Shown: piece after piece, positions 47,055 to 58,216 of the stretch | Numbering within the stretch: the first letter of the stretch is position 1 | Layout of the letters: every line of letters begins with the position of its first letter | Assembly: GCA_965656495.1 (NCBI GenBank) | Contig: CBFHKU010000005.1 | Span: forward strand, 70,853-134,852 | Direction: 5' to 3' | DNA: 64,000 nt | Source: Coraliomargaritaceae bacterium | Lineage (GTDB): Bacteria > Verrucomicrobiota > Verrucomicrobiia > Opitutales > Coraliomargaritaceae | Made by a program: the position numbers and the translations under genes | Notes under the pieces: model-generated | The model's database searches: none | What the model was told of the DNA's origin: nothing | The model's input: only the letters and a program-made list of their open reading frames with translations

Positions 47055-47666
47055 ATGTCCATCGCGGTAATTGCCGGTCTGGGAAATCCAGGCTCAAAAT
47101 ACCAGCACACCCGCCACAATATCGGCTTTGAGGTGATTGAAGCCCTCGCTGAACGGCTGGGAGCCAAATGGAAAGCGCAGGCTAAATTCGAGTCTGAAAT
47201 CGCGGAGACCACTCACGGCGCGCAGCGGCTCCTTTTGGTCAAGCCTCAGACTTTCATGAATAACAGTGGCCGCGCGCTTGGGGCGCTGATGCGCTACCGG
47301 CGGCTCGATCCTGCAAATTTGCTGCTGATATTTGACGACATCACCCTCGATCTGGCGCGCTGTAAGCTCAGCCTCACCGGCAGCGCGGGAGGGCACAATG
47401 GCGTCGCCGATATCCTCAGCCAACTGGGGCCCGGATTCGGGCGCTTTCGGGTCGGGGTGGGTGCGAAACCCCACAAATCGATGGATCTTGCCGATCATGT
47501 CCTCAGTCAATTTTCTACTGAGGAAAAAAAACTTTTAGCGGAACAAATGCCCACTTACGTGGCGCACCTGCTTCGCATTATTGACAGTGACTTCGACACT
47601 GCCATGAATACTATAAATCAACGCAACGCATCAGAGCATGAGCGCAACCAAAACCAAAACCTATAA
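47055..47666 (+). CDS. pth: Peptidyl-tRNA hydrolase
   Basis: GLGNPG, TRHNIGF, KPQTFMN, GGHNG. Confidence 0.96.
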   Translation: MSIAVIAGLGNPGSKYQHTRHNIGFEVIEALAERLGAKWKAQAKFESEIAETTHGAQRLLLVKPQTFMNNSGRALGALMRYRRLDPANLLLIFDDITLDLARCKLSLTGSAGGHNGVADILSQLGPGFGRFRVGVGAKPHKSMDLADHVLSQFSTEEKKLLAEQMPTYVAHLLRIIDSDFDTAMNTINQRNASEHERNQNQNL

Positions 47667-47934
47667 CATCTCTTTCATTTTTGACCTTCGCGATTCGGAA
47701 GACGACACGCAGAAAGTCATTGATGATATTCAATCCATCGCGACCAGTCTTGGCGGCGAGGTAACCGGGAGTGAAATCCTCGGCATGCGGGAGTTTGCCC
47801 GTGCGGCCGACCAGCGCTTCACTCAGGGGCATTACGTGCAAATGCAGGTCAATGCTGGCCCGGGTTTACCCGCTGAGCTCAAGGAAAAGCTGCGCCACGA
47901 CCGCCGCGTAGACCGTATTTTTGTCGAGGCCTAA
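47638..47934 (+). CDS. rpsF: 30S ribosomal protein S6
   Basis: S6 pattern (Y...FI, GG.V, G.R.FA, GHY); lies before ssb. Confidence 0.85.
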   Translation: MSATKTKTYNISFIFDLRDSEDDTQKVIDDIQSIATSLGGEVTGSEILGMREFARAADQRFTQGHYVQMQVNAGPGLPAELKEKLRHDRRVDRIFVEA

Positions 47935-47979
47935 GAACGGCCTCTTCTCTATCCGTCACCACCTCAACCCCACAACGTT

Positions 47980-48435
47980 ATGGCCTCCTTCAATAAAGTA
48001 ATCCTCATGGGCAACCTGACTCGCGACCCGGAAATGCGCGTGACTCCCAGTGGGCTTTCAATTTGTAAGCTGGGGCTGGCGGTTAATCGCAACTACACGA
48101 CCCGCGATGGCGAGCGCCGTGAGGAAACTACTTTTGTGGATATCGACGCGTTTGATAAACAGGCGGAGGTGATTGCCAAATATATGAGCAAAGGCAGTCC
48201 GATTCTGGTTGAGGGGCGCTTGAAATTCGACCAATGGGAAAGCGACGGCCAAAAACGGTCAAAGCTCTCGGTCGTGCTGGATCGCTTCGAGTTTGTCGGT
48301 GGATCCCGCGATCAAAATCAAGGCGGCGGTTACGAACAGAGTTCGCCCCCGGCCCGCGACTCGAAACCGGCTCCCAGCGCTCCAGCCGATAATGCCGGAG
48401 ATGCCAGCGCACTCGACGAAGACGTCCCCTTTTAA
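47980..48435 (+). CDS. ssb: Single-stranded DNA-binding protein
   Basis: NKVILMGNLTRDPE; C-terminal DEDVPF. Confidence 0.97.
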   Translation: MASFNKVILMGNLTRDPEMRVTPSGLSICKLGLAVNRNYTTRDGERREETTFVDIDAFDKQAEVIAKYMSKGSPILVEGRLKFDQWESDGQKRSKLSVVLDRFEFVGGSRDQNQGGGYEQSSPPARDSKPAPSAPADNAGDASALDEDVPF

Positions 48436-48489
48436 AAGCGGGACACATCAACTTTACCACAATTAACACTAGATAAATTCCAATAAATT

Positions 48490-49002
48490 ATGGCTACCAA
48501 TCAGGTACTTCTACTCAAGCCCGTTGAGGGACTCGGCGCCGAGGGCGACACCGTGACGGTTCGCTCCGGTTATGCGCGCAACTTTCTCTTGCCGCGCAAG
48601 ATTGCCCTGCCCGTCACGCAGGCCAACAAAAAACAAATGGAGGCGCTGCTCAAGGCTCGTGAAGCACGCGAGCAACAAGAACTGGAGTCCGCTCGTGAAT
48701 TGGCACAACGTATCGAAGCCATCACCATCGCAATCGCAGTCAAGACCGGTGAGGGCGGTAAAATGTTTGGTGCCGTCACTGCCAATGATTTGTTGACCCG
48801 CCTGAAGGAGGAGGGTGTGGAGCTCACAAAGAAGCAATTGCGCTTGCCGGCTCCGGTGAAGGAATTGGGTTCGCATCTTGCCAACGTCAAAATTCATGGC
48901 GATGTGGAAACTGAACTGAAGTTTGAGGTGGTTTCCGAAAACCCGATTGAGGAGTCCGCAGACGCGGCAGCGGAAGAGGAGACCCAGGAGGTCGCTGACT
49001 AA
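48490..49002 (+). CDS. rplI: 50S ribosomal protein L9
   Basis: GYARNFLLP, KMFGAVT. Confidence 0.96.
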   Translation: MATNQVLLLKPVEGLGAEGDTVTVRSGYARNFLLPRKIALPVTQANKKQMEALLKAREAREQQELESARELAQRIEAITIAIAVKTGEGGKMFGAVTANDLLTRLKEEGVELTKKQLRLPAPVKELGSHLANVKIHGDVETELKFEVVSENPIEESADAAAEEETQEVAD

Positions 49003-49031
49003 TCCGGCGACCCCATTAACATGTTCTGCTG

Positions 49032-50477
49032 ATGCCATCCGAACCCACGTCTAAACCAAGGAATCGCGGTGGTCGTGATTTTGAGGGCGGGCGTGCGGCG
49101 CTCCAGGGTGGTGATGAATCCATAACCCGTGCCCAACCGCACAGTATTGAGGCGGAGGAAGGCTTGCTGGCCGCCTGCCTGATCGATGGCGGGCGCGAGG
49201 TCTTGACGGATTGCATCGAGGCGAAAATCCAGCCGGATTTTTTCTACAAGGAAACACACAAGCTCATCTTTCAGGCGCTCATTAAACTTTATGAAGTGGG
49301 CGACCCGATTGATGAGATCTTGCTCTATGAATACCTGAAAAAGGAAGGGCTGGATGAAAGCGTCGGCGGGATAGCCACGATTTATGCCATTCAAGACCGG
49401 ATTGAGACTGCCGCGCACGCTCGCTACTTTGCCAAGATTGTTCATGAGAAATACCTGCTGCGGCGCTTGATTCGCACTTCGCGCGAGGCGATTGAGGCCT
49501 GCTATTATCAACAGGAGGATATCAGTGGCTTTATTGAAAAGATCGAGCAGGACATCCACCAGATCAGCAGCGGTCGCATAACCGAGGGAGCGGTGCCGAT
49601 TAAAAAACCGCTGGATCAAGCGGTGAATAATATCCAAGCCCTGCTGAATGGGCGTGATGACCTGGAGGGTGTGTTGTCGGGCTTCCGGGATTTGGACGGC
49701 ATGACTTATGGTTTCCACCCCGGTCAGATGATCGTGCTGGCGGCGCGGCCCTCGGTGGGTAAAACCTCGCTTGCGATGAATTTTGCAGAACATGCGGTGA
49801 TTCCGGACGGGGGCCACAAGCCCTCCGGTGTCTTGGTCTTCAGTTTGGAAATGACGGCGGCGGATTTGGCGATGCGTTTGATTTGCAGTCGGGCGCGGGT
49901 GGATCAAAAACGTATCCGGGATCGGGTGGCTTCGGCGCAGGATCAACGCGAGATTTTCCAGGCTTCAAAGGAATTGGAGACGGTGCCGTTATGGATTGAT
50001 GATGCTTCCAGTTCCTCGATTCTCGATTTGCGCGCAAAGGCGCGGCGGGTGGATAGCAAGCACCGCTTGGGTTTAATCGTGATTGATTACCTGCAGTTGG
50101 TGCGTGGGACGGATCCACGGATGCCCCGGGAGCAACAGATTGCAGAAATTTCCCGAGGGGTGAAGGGGATGGCGAAGGAATTGAATGTTCCGGTGGTGGT
50201 GCTCAGCCAATTGAATCGTGAATCGGAGCGCGAGAACCGAGATCCGCGCTTGTCGGACCTGCGTGAATCCGGATCGATTGAGCAGGATGCGGACGTGGTT
50301 ATGATCCTGCACCGCCCGAAGAAACGGGACGATGACGAGGGTGTGGATGAAGGCGGCATGGCGGGTGATGTGGAACACATCAAGTTAATCATTGCCAAAC
50401 AGCGGAATGGGCCGATAGGTGAAGTGGATCTCACTTTCATGCGGCGATACACCCGATACGAGAATTTCCAGCGCTAA
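49032..50477 (+). CDS. dnaB: Replicative DNA helicase
   Basis: [47 protein letters not shown]; no intein. Confidence 0.97.
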   Translation: MPSEPTSKPRNRGGRDFEGGRAALQGGDESITRAQPHSIEAEEGLLAACLIDGGREVLTDCIEAKIQPDFFYKETHKLIFQALIKLYEVGDPIDEILLYEYLKKEGLDESVGGIATIYAIQDRIETAAHARYFAKIVHEKYLLRRLIRTSREAIEACYYQQEDISGFIEKIEQDIHQISSGRITEGAVPIKKPLDQAVNNIQALLNGRDDLEGVLSGFRDLDGMTYGFHPGQMIVLAARPSVGKTSLAMNFAEHAVIPDGGHKPSGVLVFSLEMTAADLAMRLICSRARVDQKRIRDRVASAQDQREIFQASKELETVPLWIDDASSSSILDLRAKARRVDSKHRLGLIVIDYLQLVRGTDPRMPREQQIAEISRGVKGMAKELNVPVVVLSQLNRESERENRDPRLSDLRESGSIEQDADVVMILHRPKKRDDDEGVDEGGMAGDVEHIKLIIAKQRNGPIGEVDLTFMRRYTRYENFQR

Positions 50478-50507
50478 CGGTCGAATTTCACCTAATCTAT
50501 TCTTATT

Positions 50508-52862
50508 ATGTTTATCTTCAGGCTTCAAAACTATGTAGGCGTATTGCTACTTGCCTGTATGGGGTGGGTGATCACATTGCCCGCTCAATCTGAGCAAGCT
50601 GCCCTGCCGACCGTCGAGTCGATCGAAATTGAGTTTGAGGGGTTCCAATCTGTCAGTGACGGCTTTGTGATGGGTTTTGTTCAGCTGCGCGAGGGAATGG
50701 CTTACAGTTCGGTGCTCGCGGATCAGACGATTCACGCCTTGTATGCGACCAACCGGTTTGAGTTTGTTGAGATAAAGGTTGAGGACGGGGAGGGTGATGC
50801 CGTTAAGGTGATACTGCGTCTTGTTCCAAAATACACTTTAATGACAATCCGTTTTGAGGGCGCTAGTCGTTATTCTTACGACCGTCTCATGGAGAAGGCA
50901 GAGCTCACGGAGGGCGTGCCTTTGGACGAATATGCCATTGCGGCGGGTGCGCGGAAATTACAGGAATACTTTGTTGAAAAAAGTTACTCCGATTCCACGG
51001 TTGAGTACCGAATTGAAAAAGATGGGGAAAGCGGGTTCGCGACCGCGATTTTTGATATAAACCAAGCCCGTAAACTCCACATCAAATCGATCGAGTTTGA
51101 AGGCAATGCCGCAGTCAAGAGTAAGCATTTGCGTCGTGCTATGGAAATCAAGCGGCGGAACTGGATCTCCTGGCTTTCAGGTACAGGAAAGTTTATCGAG
51201 GCGGATTTCGAGGAGGACTTGGTGAATCTGCGCCAGAAGTATCTGGACGAGGGTTTTCTGGATGTGGAAATCAATGCTGACTCGGTCCGTTTTGATTATC
51301 CTCGGAAGAAGAAAATGACGATTACAATCCCAATCGTTGAAGGCGCCCCCTACTTTTTGGGTAATTTCTCGGTTGAGGGTTTAACGGTCTTTACGGAGGC
51401 GGAAGTGATGCGCATGGTGCGTCTCAATGCGGGCGACCGGTTTTCTCCCAGCATGGTCGATGCGGCTGCCGATGCGATTCAGGAATACTACACCTCGCGC
51501 GGCTATTTGAATACCTACGTGCGTGCGGAACGCATTTCGACAATGGAGAACCGCACCATCGATATAATTTTCCGGGTTCAGGAAAGTGAGAAATTTTACG
51601 TGGAATCCATCAATATTGAAGGCAACACCAAGACCAAGACCCGGGTGATCGTGCGGGAGTTGGCCTTGCGCCCGGCGGATGTCTTTGACCTCACCCGCAT
51701 GAAGACCAGTGAGCGCCGCCTGCAAAATACCCGTTTCTTCCAAGAGGTGCGATTGAATCCGGAAACTACCAATGTCCCGGGGCGCAAGGACTTGAATGTG
51801 ACGGTCAGTGAAGGGCACACCGGAAACCTGAGTTTCGGGATGGGCTTTGGTTCGGTGGAGAGTGCTCAGGTTTTCTTTGAGACGCGTCAGGGCAACTTCG
51901 ACCTGTTCAACCCTTCAAGTGGATTCCAAGGTGATGGACAGAAGTTCCGCCTGCGTTTCTCAATTGGTAATCGCAGTAATCAAGCCCTCTTGACTTTCGA
52001 GGAACCCTGGTTGTTTGAGCAGCGTCTTGCCTTTGGAGTGGAGTTGTTCCGGACAGAATCCGACTACCAAAGTAGTGACTATAATGAATTGCGCACTGGT
52101 TTTGAACTGTATTTCCGCCGTCGTCTCTTTGAATTGGTGGAGGGGCGCTTGTCTTACCGCCTCGAATTCGTCGATATTTTTGATGTAGCGGGCGATGGGG
52201 TTGACCCGAATGACAACGTGGCGGACGTCTTTCAGGCGGCGGAGGGCGAATCCACCGTGTCCAAGTTGGGGCTGACCTTCTTGCGTGACTCGCGTGATTC
52301 GGTGCTATTCACGCGGCGCGGCAACCGTACCACCCTTGAGACCGAACTCGCGGGACTGGGGGGCGATGTCAATTACCTGAAATTTGAGGGGCGCACCGCG
52401 CATTTCATCCCCACCTTTGAGACGCTGGAGCAAACCCTGTCGATTCTGGGTCGTCTGGGAACGGCGCTACCTTATGGTAATAGCGATACGATTCCGTTTT
52501 ATGACCGGTTCTATCTGGGTGGCCCGGAAACCTTGCGCGGTTTCGAATACCGCGATGTCGGGCCGCGCGATGAGGACGACCCCAGCGAGCCCGTTGGCGG
52601 TAACACCTACGGAATGCTTTCGTTTGAGTATGGTTTTCGGCTTGCGGAACCCTTTGGTATCGTTGCTTTCTATGATATGGGTTTTGTAAATAGTGAGGAT
52701 TTTGATTTCAATTTTTCAGATTATGCTTCTAACTGGGGAGTTGGAGCGAGAATTATGCTCATGGGTTCACCGCTCAAGCTGGATCTCGGTTTTCCAATGA
52801 ACGACCCAGCGGGTGACGCCGATGGCACACAATTTAATTTTTCATTTGGCACGCGCTTTTAA
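50508..52862 (+). CDS. bamA: Outer membrane protein assembly factor BamA
   Basis: POTRA repeats (GNTKTK), FYLGG...LRGF, C-terminal FSFGTRF. Confidence 0.95.
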   Translation: MFIFRLQNYVGVLLLACMGWVITLPAQSEQAALPTVESIEIEFEGFQSVSDGFVMGFVQLREGMAYSSVLADQTIHALYATNRFEFVEIKVEDGEGDAVKVILRLVPKYTLMTIRFEGASRYSYDRLMEKAELTEGVPLDEYAIAAGARKLQEYFVEKSYSDSTVEYRIEKDGESGFATAIFDINQARKLHIKSIEFEGNAAVKSKHLRRAMEIKRRNWISWLSGTGKFIEADFEEDLVNLRQKYLDEGFLDVEINADSVRFDYPRKKKMTITIPIVEGAPYFLGNFSVEGLTVFTEAEVMRMVRLNAGDRFSPSMVDAAADAIQEYYTSRGYLNTYVRAERISTMENRTIDIIFRVQESEKFYVESINIEGNTKTKTRVIVRELALRPADVFDLTRMKTSERRLQNTRFFQEVRLNPETTNVPGRKDLNVTVSEGHTGNLSFGMGFGSVESAQVFFETRQGNFDLFNPSSGFQGDGQKFRLRFSIGNRSNQALLTFEEPWLFEQRLAFGVELFRTESDYQSSDYNELRTGFELYFRRRLFELVEGRLSYRLEFVDIFDVAGDGVDPNDNVADVFQAAEGESTVSKLGLTFLRDSRDSVLFTRRGNRTTLETELAGLGGDVNYLKFEGRTAHFIPTFETLEQTLSILGRLGTALPYGNSDTIPFYDRFYLGGPETLRGFEYRDVGPRDEDDPSEPVGGNTYGMLSFEYGFRLAEPFGIVAFYDMGFVNSEDFDFNFSDYASNWGVGARIMLMGSPLKLDLGFPMNDPAGDADGTQFNFSFGTRF

Positions 52863-52910
52863 CTCTACTATCTATTCAATTAATAAACCTCAGATTATAT
52901 AAAGATTATC

Positions 52911-53519
52911 ATGAAAAAAACAATAGTACTCGCTCTGGTAACGCTCATGGCGGCCGGTTTTAGTTACGCACAGGAAGCAAGCCGCGTTGGCACGGTCAAT
53001 ATGGAGCGCCTAATGAATGACTACGTGGACTACCAAAGTGCGGTGAAACGCGTGGAAGGTGCCGCCCAAACTGCTCAAGAAGAAGTGGATGCTTTTAAAG
53101 CCAAGTTAGGCTTGGACGCGGTTGAGGCAAAAGTTCAGGAGCTCCAGCAAACCGCTCAAAATCCTGCAACGGCAGACATCGCTCGTCAAAATGCCGAGAG
53201 CGAAGCTCAAAAACTGATCAATGAAAATCAGGATAAAATCCAGCAACTGAACGCTTACGGCACACAACTCCAGCAGCAAAACCAGCAAAACCGAAACCGC
53301 ATCCTCAATCCTTTCCAGTTGAAAATGCGTGAGGCCATCATTGAAGTGGCGAAAGACAAGGGTTTTGATTTGGTCGTACCCATTGCACCGCAGAAGGTCA
53401 CTGTTCCCGTCGATGAAGAAACCACTGAGGAATATAACGTCTTCATGGGGAATATCCTGTATGCCTCTGATAGCATTGAGATCACCGATTCGGTCATCGC
53501 AGTGCTCAACGCAGAGTAA
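52911..53519 (+). CDS. skp: OmpH/Skp periplasmic chaperone
   Basis: Signal peptide, VGTVNMER, coiled coil, VAKDKGFDLV, EITDSVI; lies between bamA and lpxD. Confidence 0.88.
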   Translation: MKKTIVLALVTLMAAGFSYAQEASRVGTVNMERLMNDYVDYQSAVKRVEGAAQTAQEEVDAFKAKLGLDAVEAKVQELQQTAQNPATADIARQNAESEAQKLINENQDKIQQLNAYGTQLQQQNQQNRNRILNPFQLKMREAIIEVAKDKGFDLVVPIAPQKVTVPVDEETTEEYNVFMGNILYASDSIEITDSVIAVLNAE

Positions 53520-53536
53520 CACAGATGCGTTTTTCT

Positions 53537-53569
53537 AAAACCCTGTTCTCGCCAAGAACAGGGTTTTTT
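53537..53569 (+). terminator. Intrinsic terminator after skp
   Basis: AAAACCCTGTTCT-CGCCA-AGAACAGGGTTTT followed by further Ts. Confidence 0.85.
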
Positions 53570-53585
53570 CTTTTAAAGACTCACC

Positions 53586-54626
53586 ATGCTTAGTTATTCC
53601 ATCGAACGTATTCTCGAGATAGTCGGGAAAGATGCCATGACAGTTGGCACTTACGACGGTGAGATCAATGGTATTGCATCACTCGCGGATGGCGATGCGG
53701 GGGATTTGTCTTTTTTGGGTAATGCGAAATACCGTAGTCAGGTGGCGGATTGCGGGGCCTCGGTACTGCTTTTGCCCAAGGACTATGAGGGTCAACCCAG
53801 GGACGCGCAGCTTTTCATCCTGCTGGAGAACCCCAGTTACGCCCTCGCTTTGATTTGCCGCGACATCGAAAACAATCTTTATCCCCGCCCTCCGGCTGGC
53901 ATCCATCCGACCGCGCATGTGGAGGATTCCGCAGTCGTGGATCCAAGCGCGAGCATTGGTGCATTTTGCTATGTTGCGGCAGGTGCTCAAATCGGGGCAC
54001 AGGCTGTTTTGGAAAACCATGTTTCGATCGGTCGCGAAGCGCGAATCGGGAAGGAATGTCATTTGTTTCCGCAGGTCACCGTAGCGGATCGATGCATCAT
54101 CGGTGAACGCAACCGCCTCCTCGCGGGCTGTGTGATCGGTGCGGATGGCTACGGTTATGCTCCGGTGGAGGGGCAGCACCAGCGTATACCGCAAATTGGG
54201 AATGTCGTCACTGAAGCGGATGTAGATATCGGAGCTAACAGTACGATTGATCGGGCACGTTTTGGAACCACTCGAATCGGGGCCGGCACTAAAATCGATA
54301 ATCTGGTACAGGTGGCGCACAATGTCACGGTGGGGAAGCATTGCCTCCTCGTTGCCCAATGTGGAGTCAGTGGGAGCACCGTCTTGGGTGACCGCGTCAT
54401 TCTCGCGGGGCAATCCGGCGTAACCGGGCATGTTAATATTGGTGATGGAACTTTGCTTTATGCGAAATCCGGCGCGATGCGTTCCACCGAACCCAACGAG
54501 AAAATTTCGGGCACGCATGGCCAGAATGCCAACCTAATGAATCGCATCTATGTGCTACAGCGAAAATTGCCGGAGCTCTTCAAAAGGTTTGAAGCGCTGG
54601 AAAAATTTGTAGAATCTCAAAAATAA
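53586..54626 (+). CDS. lpxD: UDP-3-O-acylglucosamine N-acyltransferase LpxD
   Basis: LSFLGNAKY, hexapeptide repeats, IGADGYGY, KIDNLVQVAHN. Confidence 0.96.
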   Translation: MLSYSIERILEIVGKDAMTVGTYDGEINGIASLADGDAGDLSFLGNAKYRSQVADCGASVLLLPKDYEGQPRDAQLFILLENPSYALALICRDIENNLYPRPPAGIHPTAHVEDSAVVDPSASIGAFCYVAAGAQIGAQAVLENHVSIGREARIGKECHLFPQVTVADRCIIGERNRLLAGCVIGADGYGYAPVEGQHQRIPQIGNVVTEADVDIGANSTIDRARFGTTRIGAGTKIDNLVQVAHNVTVGKHCLLVAQCGVSGSTVLGDRVILAGQSGVTGHVNIGDGTLLYAKSGAMRSTEPNEKISGTHGQNANLMNRIYVLQRKLPELFKRFEALEKFVESQK

Positions 54627-54648
54627 TCACCACCATAAACCAAACTCT

Positions 54649-55593
54649 ATGAATTCACTCAAGATTTTCACCGGCAACTCGAATCCCGCCCTCGCAAAAA
54701 AAATATGTGATTATTTAGGTACCAGCTTGGGCGCCGCCACAGTAGAGAGTTTCCCGGATGGAGAGAGTTTTGTGCGGATTGATGAGAATATACGCGGGGC
54801 GGACGTCTTTATCATACAGTCCACCTGCAATCCTGCGAACCAGCATCTGATGGAACTCTTCATCATGATTGATGCCGCCCGCCGCGCCTCGGCAAAACGC
54901 ATCACGGCAGTGATTCCATTTTACGGCTACGCGCGGCAGGATCGCAAAGACCAACCACGGGTTCCGATTACCTCAAAACTGGTGGCCAATCTACTGGTGT
55001 CTGCCGGTGCCAACCGCATCCTGACGATTGACCTACACGCCCAGCAAATTCAGGGCTTCTTTGATATCCCGGTTGATCATCTTTACGCTTCCCCAGTGCT
55101 CTTCCAATATTTGAAAGACCTGGATCGCGACAACCTCACGCTCTTCTCGCCGGATGTGGGTGGAATGAAGATGGCCTCGGCCTATGCCAATCTCCTGAAG
55201 GTTCCGCTTGGGTTCATTGCCAAGCGCCGCACCGATGCCGAAACAGTGGAAGCAGTTTCTTTGGTGGGCGAAACGGAAGGTCGCGACATTTTATTGATCG
55301 ATGATATGACCGAAACTGCGGGTACGCTTTGTGCCGCCGCCGAGCTTTTGAAAAAGAACGGCGCCCGAAGTGTCATGGCAGCGGTCAGTCATGGAGTGCT
55401 GAATGAACGCGGCTATGAGCGCATCGGCAAGGGCTTGCTCAATCAGTTGATCACCACCGATTCAACCCCGATCGAGCAGCGCGATGACTTACCGATCACC
55501 GTCCTGAGCGTGGCGGAATTACTGGGAGAGGGTATCAACCGGATTCACAGCAATTCCAGTGTGACCGGCCTCTTTGATGTGAAGGGTTTTTAA
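54649..55593 (+). CDS. prs: Ribose-phosphate pyrophosphokinase
   Basis: FPDGE, YGYARQDRK, DLHAQQIQGFF, SPDVGG, IDDMTETAGT. Confidence 0.97.
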   Translation: MNSLKIFTGNSNPALAKKICDYLGTSLGAATVESFPDGESFVRIDENIRGADVFIIQSTCNPANQHLMELFIMIDAARRASAKRITAVIPFYGYARQDRKDQPRVPITSKLVANLLVSAGANRILTIDLHAQQIQGFFDIPVDHLYASPVLFQYLKDLDRDNLTLFSPDVGGMKMASAYANLLKVPLGFIAKRRTDAETVEAVSLVGETEGRDILLIDDMTETAGTLCAAAELLKKNGARSVMAAVSHGVLNERGYERIGKGLLNQLITTDSTPIEQRDDLPITVLSVAELLGEGINRIHSNSSVTGLFDVKGF

Positions 55594-55648
55594 TGGTTTG
55601 AAGAAGCAAGTTGCGGAACTTGCAATTTTTCAATTTGTCCTTAACTGA

Positions 55649-57118
55649 ATGAATAAAATTATGCGTCTATTAATCACATTATTATTGGCCGCAGCGATCA
55701 TGGTGGTCGCGCTCTGTGGCTCTGAGAATCCCCAACTGAACATTATTCCGGATGATCAGCCCGTTGCGGCGACGGAGGAAATCACAGTGGTTTCCTACGC
55801 TGATGTGCTGGAACGTGCGACTCCCTCGGTAGTGGCGGTTTACACGACCCGTCTGGAAACGGTGCGCAGCAGTCCTTTCTTTGGCCCCCGTGGCATGGAG
55901 GATATCTTTCGTCAGTTTGGAATGCCGGTACCCGATTCCGGTGGCACGCAGGAACGTGAGAGCACCGGGGTTGGTTCCGGGGTTATTATTTCAAAGGATG
56001 GTTATATTGTGACGAATCGCCATGTGGTCGCGGCGGAGCGGGGTCAAAAGATTGATGAAATCCGAGTCCGCTTGGCGGATGATCGCGAATTTACGGCGGA
56101 GTTGATCGGGGAAGACGCCAAGACCGATGTTGCGGTGCTTCGTATTGAGTCGGATGTCGATTTGCCTGCGATTCAAATCGCCAACAGCGACCTCCTGCGG
56201 GTGGGCGATGTAGTCTTTGCGATTGGCAACCCCCTCGAAGTGGGGCTCACCGCCACCAAGGGAATTGTCTCCGCCACCGGTCGCGATTCCCTCGATATCC
56301 TCGGTAAGGGGAGCTATGAAAATTTCATCCAAACCGATGCATCGATCAATATGGGTAATTCCGGCGGTGCCTTGATTGACGCTTGGGGTCGCTTGATCGG
56401 AATCAACACCGCGATTTTATCACGTTCGGGCGGCAGCATTGGCATCGGCCTCGCGATTCCCTCGAACCTCGCGATTGGTGTAGCACACAAACTGGTCAAT
56501 AGCGGCGAGGTGCAGCGCGGCTTACTTGGAATCATGCCGGGCGATTTGAATCAGAAACTCGCGGAATCCTTTGGTCTGGAATCAACCAAGGGTGCCATTG
56601 TTAATGAAGTGTATGAAGATACTCCCGCCGAGCGGGGCGGCCTAAAGCATGGCGATGTCATCATTGAAATTGACGGCGCTCCAATCGAATCGGCACGCCA
56701 ATTGCGATTGACGGTCTCACAAATGGCACCGGGTCGTGAGGTACAGGTAAAGGTGATTCGCGATGGCGAGGCCATGACCTTTCCCATTACGCTGGGTGAC
56801 TTGAACGGCACTGCTTCGAGCGGCAAGGCTGGCGCAAAGGAATTGCACGGGCTTGATTTGGAACCGGTCGATGATGAGCTACGGGAATCCGCCTCGATTC
56901 CGGACCGGATTCAAGGTCTATACGTGAAGTCCTTGGGTGCCCGTTCGCCCTTTGCAGACGTCCTGCGCCAGGGTGTGGTCATCATTGAGGCGAATGGGGT
57001 GCGGGTTAAAACCATCGAGGACTTTATGGAAAACCTACGGGTGGGCATCAACCGTCTCTACGTTTGGTATCGTGGCAGCTTTGTTCACGTCGGCGTTCGC
57101 CTTAATGAAGAGGACTAA
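55649..57118 (+). CDS. degP: Do/DegP-family serine protease with PDZ domains
   Basis: GSGVII, TNRHVV, TDVAVL, QTDASINMGNSGG. Confidence 0.92.
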   Translation: MNKIMRLLITLLLAAAIMVVALCGSENPQLNIIPDDQPVAATEEITVVSYADVLERATPSVVAVYTTRLETVRSSPFFGPRGMEDIFRQFGMPVPDSGGTQERESTGVGSGVIISKDGYIVTNRHVVAAERGQKIDEIRVRLADDREFTAELIGEDAKTDVAVLRIESDVDLPAIQIANSDLLRVGDVVFAIGNPLEVGLTATKGIVSATGRDSLDILGKGSYENFIQTDASINMGNSGGALIDAWGRLIGINTAILSRSGGSIGIGLAIPSNLAIGVAHKLVNSGEVQRGLLGIMPGDLNQKLAESFGLESTKGAIVNEVYEDTPAERGGLKHGDVIIEIDGAPIESARQLRLTVSQMAPGREVQVKVIRDGEAMTFPITLGDLNGTASSGKAGAKELHGLDLEPVDDELRESASIPDRIQGLYVKSLGARSPFADVLRQGVVIIEANGVRVKTIEDFMENLRVGINRLYVWYRGSFVHVGVRLNEED

Positions 57119-57127
57119 AGTCTTCGC

Positions 57128-58216
57128 CTAGGCCGCACCCACGCTTTGCCATAGCGCTTCTATCACGGCGGTTTCGACCCCCTCGGTCGTTACCGCCTCA
57201 CCCACTGCCTGAAGGCTTACAAACCGCAGGGAACCGCTGCGGTTTTTCTTGTCTCGTTGCATGGCGGCAAGGAGGGCGCTGGTCTTGAGTGGTGATTTCA
57301 GGTGCACCGGCAAGGCATGCGTCTCCAGTAGCTGAATCACGCGCTCGACCCAGGACGCCTCAAGCTGACCCAATTCTACGGACAGGCGCGTCGCGAGTAC
57401 CAGACCGATGGCGACCGCTTCCCCGTGCAGGTAATCGCCATAACCGGCGGCGTTTTCAATAGCGTGGGCAAAGGTATGACCGAGGTTCAGGAGGGCACGA
57501 CCCCCGCTCGCGGCGGTTTCGGTTTCGTCGTCGATCACGATTTGGGCCTTCAGTTCGCAGCAGCGTCGGATGATGGCGGGCAGTGCCTCTGATTGAGGGC
57601 TCAGTGCGCCCAGCGTTTCCAATTCATCGAAGAAGGCGCGGTCCGCCAAGAGACCGTATTTAATGACCTCTGCCATACCTGCCGCAAATTCCCGTGCGGG
57701 CAGGCTTCCCAGAAGTTCGGTATCAACAAAGACGGCCTTCGGTTGCCAGAACGCCCCCACCAGGTTTTTGCCCTCGGCCAGGTTGATGCCGGTTTTTCCG
57801 CCTACCGAACTGTCCACCATTGCGAGCAGGCTCGTAGGGATTTGGTAGAAATCAATCCCGCGCAGATAGCTGGCGGCAACAAATCCCGCGAGGTCGCCGA
57901 TCACGCCCCCGCCAAAGGCGAAGACGACGCTGTCGCGGTTGCGATTACCCTGTGCGAGAAAGCTCAGCGCAGTGGCGTAGGGCTCGACGGACTTCGTGTT
58001 CTCACCAGCGGGAAGGCTCAGGATTTCATCTTGGGTGAAGCCTGCCGCTTTCAAGTAATCGGCGCGGCTCGCGAGGAGGTTCGCATCGCAGAGGACGCAA
58101 ACGGCGCGCTGGGCTTGTCTTAATTCCGAGAGGGTCGCGCTGAGCGCCTTTGAACTGTCAGTGAAATGGATGGGGTAGGCGCGGTCGCCGAGGGCTACGG
58201 TTAGGGCTTCATTCAT
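57128..58216 (-). CDS. aroB: 3-dehydroquinate synthase
   Basis: GGGVIGD, MVDSSVGGKTG, LNLGHTFAHAIE, HGEAV. Confidence 0.96.
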   Translation of the reverse strand: MNEALTVALGDRAYPIHFTDSSKALSATLSELRQAQRAVCVLCDANLLASRADYLKAAGFTQDEILSLPAGENTKSVEPYATALSFLAQGNRNRDSVVFAFGGGVIGDLAGFVAASYLRGIDFYQIPTSLLAMVDSSVGGKTGINLAEGKNLVGAFWQPKAVFVDTELLGSLPAREFAAGMAEVIKYGLLADRAFFDELETLGALSPQSEALPAIIRRCCELKAQIVIDDETETAASGGRALLNLGHTFAHAIENAAGYGDYLHGEAVAIGLVLATRLSVELGQLEASWVERVIQLLETHALPVHLKSPLKTSALLAAMQRDKKNRSGSLRFVSLQAVGEAVTTEGVETAVIEALWQSVGAA

